In this document: in pieces, positions 51,730-53,674 of the stretch
How positions within the stretch are numbered: the first letter of the stretch is position 1
Layout of the letters: every line of letters begins with the position of its first letter
Origin: a virus
IMG/VR virus record: IMGVR_UViG_3300022723_000142
Span: 1-53,674 of that record
Direction: 5' to 3' (one strand)
DNA length: 53,674 nucleotides
The notes under the pieces: model-generated
Told to the model about the DNA's origin: nothing
Seen by the model: only the letters and a program-made list of their open reading frames with translations
Database searches by the model: none
Program-made: the position numbers and the translations under genes

Positions 51730-53532
51730 ATGAAAAACACAGAGACAGCGCAACATCCTGCGCTAGATAGACTTCGAGAGGAGCAGTTAGCCGCATGGCC
51801 TAAGTTCGAGGCGTTCATGTGGGGGTCTGGAAGCATGGCAGTATTAAGCGGCGGAGGGGGCACGGGGAAGACATTTAGCATCGCAAGCTACTGTCAGGCA
51901 TACGGATTGATGCCCAATGAAGTGCTCGGCATTGCCCCCACCAACGTCGCGGCAAAAATCCTAGAGCAGTCTTTTGCTAACGCGGGCTTCCCTGCCAGTG
52001 CCACCACTGCCCATAAAGCGCTGCACATGGCTCCCAAACAAGTGAAGTGGGATGGCGCAAAAGACCAGGAAATGGCAAGCACCAAAGAAAAGTTAGACGC
52101 CTGGGATTTGTCTGAAGACTTTGACCCTTCAGAGTATGCTGAAACCCGGCTAATTCACGAGCGCTTAAAGCGAGAGCTTGACGCTTTCAAAAAGGAACAG
52201 CTTGTTTTTACGGCTGTGGACTTTGAGCCCGACCCCGACATTCAGCTATACATCGTGGATGAGTGCTCGATGTTGGGTGCTGAACTATATGAGGTGATTG
52301 CCCTGTCCCTGATCAAATACGGCAAAGTGCTATTTATGGGTGATCCTAACCAGCTATTCCCAGTGGGTGAGGGGCTATCGCCATCCTTTGACAACCACCA
52401 CATTGCCTCATTCCAGAATGTGCAGCGGGCAGCGGGCAACATTGCAGCGCTGGCTAAGGAAGTCGTTGCCGCTCAAAATTTGGAGACGGCAAAGCACATA
52501 CTCTACGATGTGGCACACTGGAAAGATTTTGATGTTGAGAACCCTTGGGATATACCAGAAGGTGAAGCGGCGATCATTAGCCGTGCCGACGCCAAAGCTA
52601 TGTTCCATCATTGGGGAAAGACGCTCTCACGTTCGGGTTACGCTTATCGGATGGTCAACTACAAAAATGAAAGCGTTGATCGCATTAACCACGCATCATT
52701 AAAGTTTGGCGGTCTGCAATGCCCGCCCGTTGGGTCAAACATAATCGCTAACAAACCTGTGAAACGCTGGTGTTTTAAATCGCCCGCCAAAGTAATCATG
52801 CTCAACTCAGAGGTTGCCGAGATTACCGACAACTTTCAACCATATGCGGCCAAGATACCGGGCTTTGGCGCTATCCCGATTCACGTATTAGAAGTAGCGC
52901 TAGAGTGCAAAATTGAACCCGACGAAGAAAACTATTACGAACGCCAAAACCACTTTTTAGGCCAGGGCTTCCGAGGGCAGCTTGGCAACACTGCCGAGAT
53001 TAAATGGACAGGCGACCCCAAATATGCCGAAGCTCTAGAGACCTGGACAGGGATTAAAAATGCACTCTACAGCCAGGGTAAGCCACCCGGCAAAGAAAAT
53101 CGCCATGTGTCTCAGTTATTTGAATGGCTAGGAATTGACAGTTGGACAAACATCAAAGGCACTAAGGGATTCAAGCAATACAAAAAAGTTGACGTGAATC
53201 TTGAACTGTTTACCGCTGGTGCATGTCGCAAAGAAAAAGAGAAGTTTCTTGATGCTGTTGTGGATGCCGACGGGGATGTCTGTTTTCAACCTTTGCGCTC
53301 TCAGATTTACAAGCTATATCGCTGGCTATCGGACACAGCAGTAGACCCGGTCCGACCGCTAGCATCCAGCACCGTGTACAAATGCCAAGGTGCGACGATT
53401 GAGCGGGTCGTCGTTAACCTGCCTGAGATTTTGGAGTCTCGGAAGTATGGCAAGGATGCCCATGAGAACTGCTATCGGGCAATCTATACGGCGGTAAGCC
53501 GTGCAAGCAAGCAACTTTTCATCATGATTTAG
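51730..53532 (+). CDS. SF1 RecD/Dda-like DNA helicase
   Basis: Walker A 'GGGGTGKT', Walker B 'YIVDECSM', 'MGDPNQLFPV', 'VYKCQGATIE' and 'YTAVSRASKQLFI'. Confidence 0.8.
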   Translation: MKNTETAQHPALDRLREEQLAAWPKFEAFMWGSGSMAVLSGGGGTGKTFSIASYCQAYGLMPNEVLGIAPTNVAAKILEQSFANAGFPASATTAHKALHMAPKQVKWDGAKDQEMASTKEKLDAWDLSEDFDPSEYAETRLIHERLKRELDAFKKEQLVFTAVDFEPDPDIQLYIVDECSMLGAELYEVIALSLIKYGKVLFMGDPNQLFPVGEGLSPSFDNHHIASFQNVQRAAGNIAALAKEVVAAQNLETAKHILYDVAHWKDFDVENPWDIPEGEAAIISRADAKAMFHHWGKTLSRSGYAYRMVNYKNESVDRINHASLKFGGLQCPPVGSNIIANKPVKRWCFKSPAKVIMLNSEVAEITDNFQPYAAKIPGFGAIPIHVLEVALECKIEPDEENYYERQNHFLGQGFRGQLGNTAEIKWTGDPKYAEALETWTGIKNALYSQGKPPGKENRHVSQLFEWLGIDSWTNIKGTKGFKQYKKVDVNLELFTAGACRKEKEKFLDAVVDADGDVCFQPLRSQIYKLYRWLSDTAVDPVRPLASSTVYKCQGATIERVVVNLPEILESRKYGKDAHENCYRAIYTAVSRASKQLFIMI

Positions 53533-53542
53533 AGGTGAAATT

Positions 53543-53569
53543 AAAATGTATTATGCTACAATACATTTT
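53543..53569 (+). promoter_or_regulatory. TGTATTATG..ATACA palindromic motif (copy 1) upstream of the first replication gene
   Basis: AAAATGTATT-ATGCTAC-AATACATTTT (10-bp arms) containing TGcTACAAT, an extended -10 match. Partly repeated at 1-22. Confidence 0.45.
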
Positions 53570-53674
53570 AGTTACGAGAAACATTAGTGTAGGTAAACAA
53601 CAATGGCTAAAGTCAATCTGACTAAGACATTGAGCGCTATCAAAGGACAGCTCTCAAACAGCGACAAAGACAAC
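53548..53674. repeat. Terminal direct repeat, right copy (identical to 1..127)
   Basis: Exact 127-bp match to the window start. Indicates a circular-contig overlap or a short terminal redundancy. Confidence 0.95.

Noticed and set aside
52510-52521. Isolated GTGGCACACTGG box-like string inside the helicase gene.
   Set aside because: It is a single 10/11 match within coding sequence, with no partner half-site or hairpin. It is most simply explained as coincidence.

Overview
The window is a complete phage genome. Bases 1..127 recur exactly at 53548..53674, so the unique length is 53,547 bp, either circular or terminally redundant. It looks like a siphovirus-type cyanophage. It has a 1224-aa tape measure protein, an HK97-style head module and a terminase-portal block. 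It also carries about 50 copies of the cyanobacterial HIP1 octamer GCGATCGC, a cyanobacterial DUF2811-like gene and a pentapeptide-repeat gene.

Layout:
- Replication genes: candidate SSB, Toprim/P-loop primase-helicase, family A DNA polymerase, FEN-type 5'-3' exonuclease, SF1 RecD/Dda-like helicase.
- Two XRE regulators.
- Head genes on the + strand (7.8-11.6 kb).
- A fibre-like gene block (13.2-16.8 kb).
- An accessory membrane/ATPase operon (18.4-22 kb).
- terS-terL-portal on the - strand.
- A long - strand tail operon (28.2-43.8 kb).
- An FHA/unknown/EAL operon (44.5-46.9 kb).

Most notable observations:
1. Two ~400-450-bp non-coding modules (4123..4570 and 24612..25041) are inverted copies of each other. 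They are packed with TGGCACA boxes, 38-bp hairpin palindromes and an AT-rich core. One lies beside the primase-helicase gene; the other separates terL from the portal gene.
2. An apparently intact TnpB-only IS200/IS605-type element with conserved end hairpins splits a small virion-module ORF. A second, decayed TnpB truncates a PAPS-reductase-like gene.
3. A 383-aa LAGLIDADG intein sits in the TerL P-loop.
4. A translationally coupled FHA/unknown/EAL (c-di-GMP phosphodiesterase) operon.
5. A coupled operon of membrane proteins ending in a membrane-anchored P-loop ATPase.
6. An AT-rich, HIP1-free island (vWA protein plus glycosyltransferase-like protein) lies inside the tail operon.

I recognised no tRNA, rRNA, CRISPR array, integrase or endolysin. 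Family names are assigned from motifs read by eye, and no database search was run.
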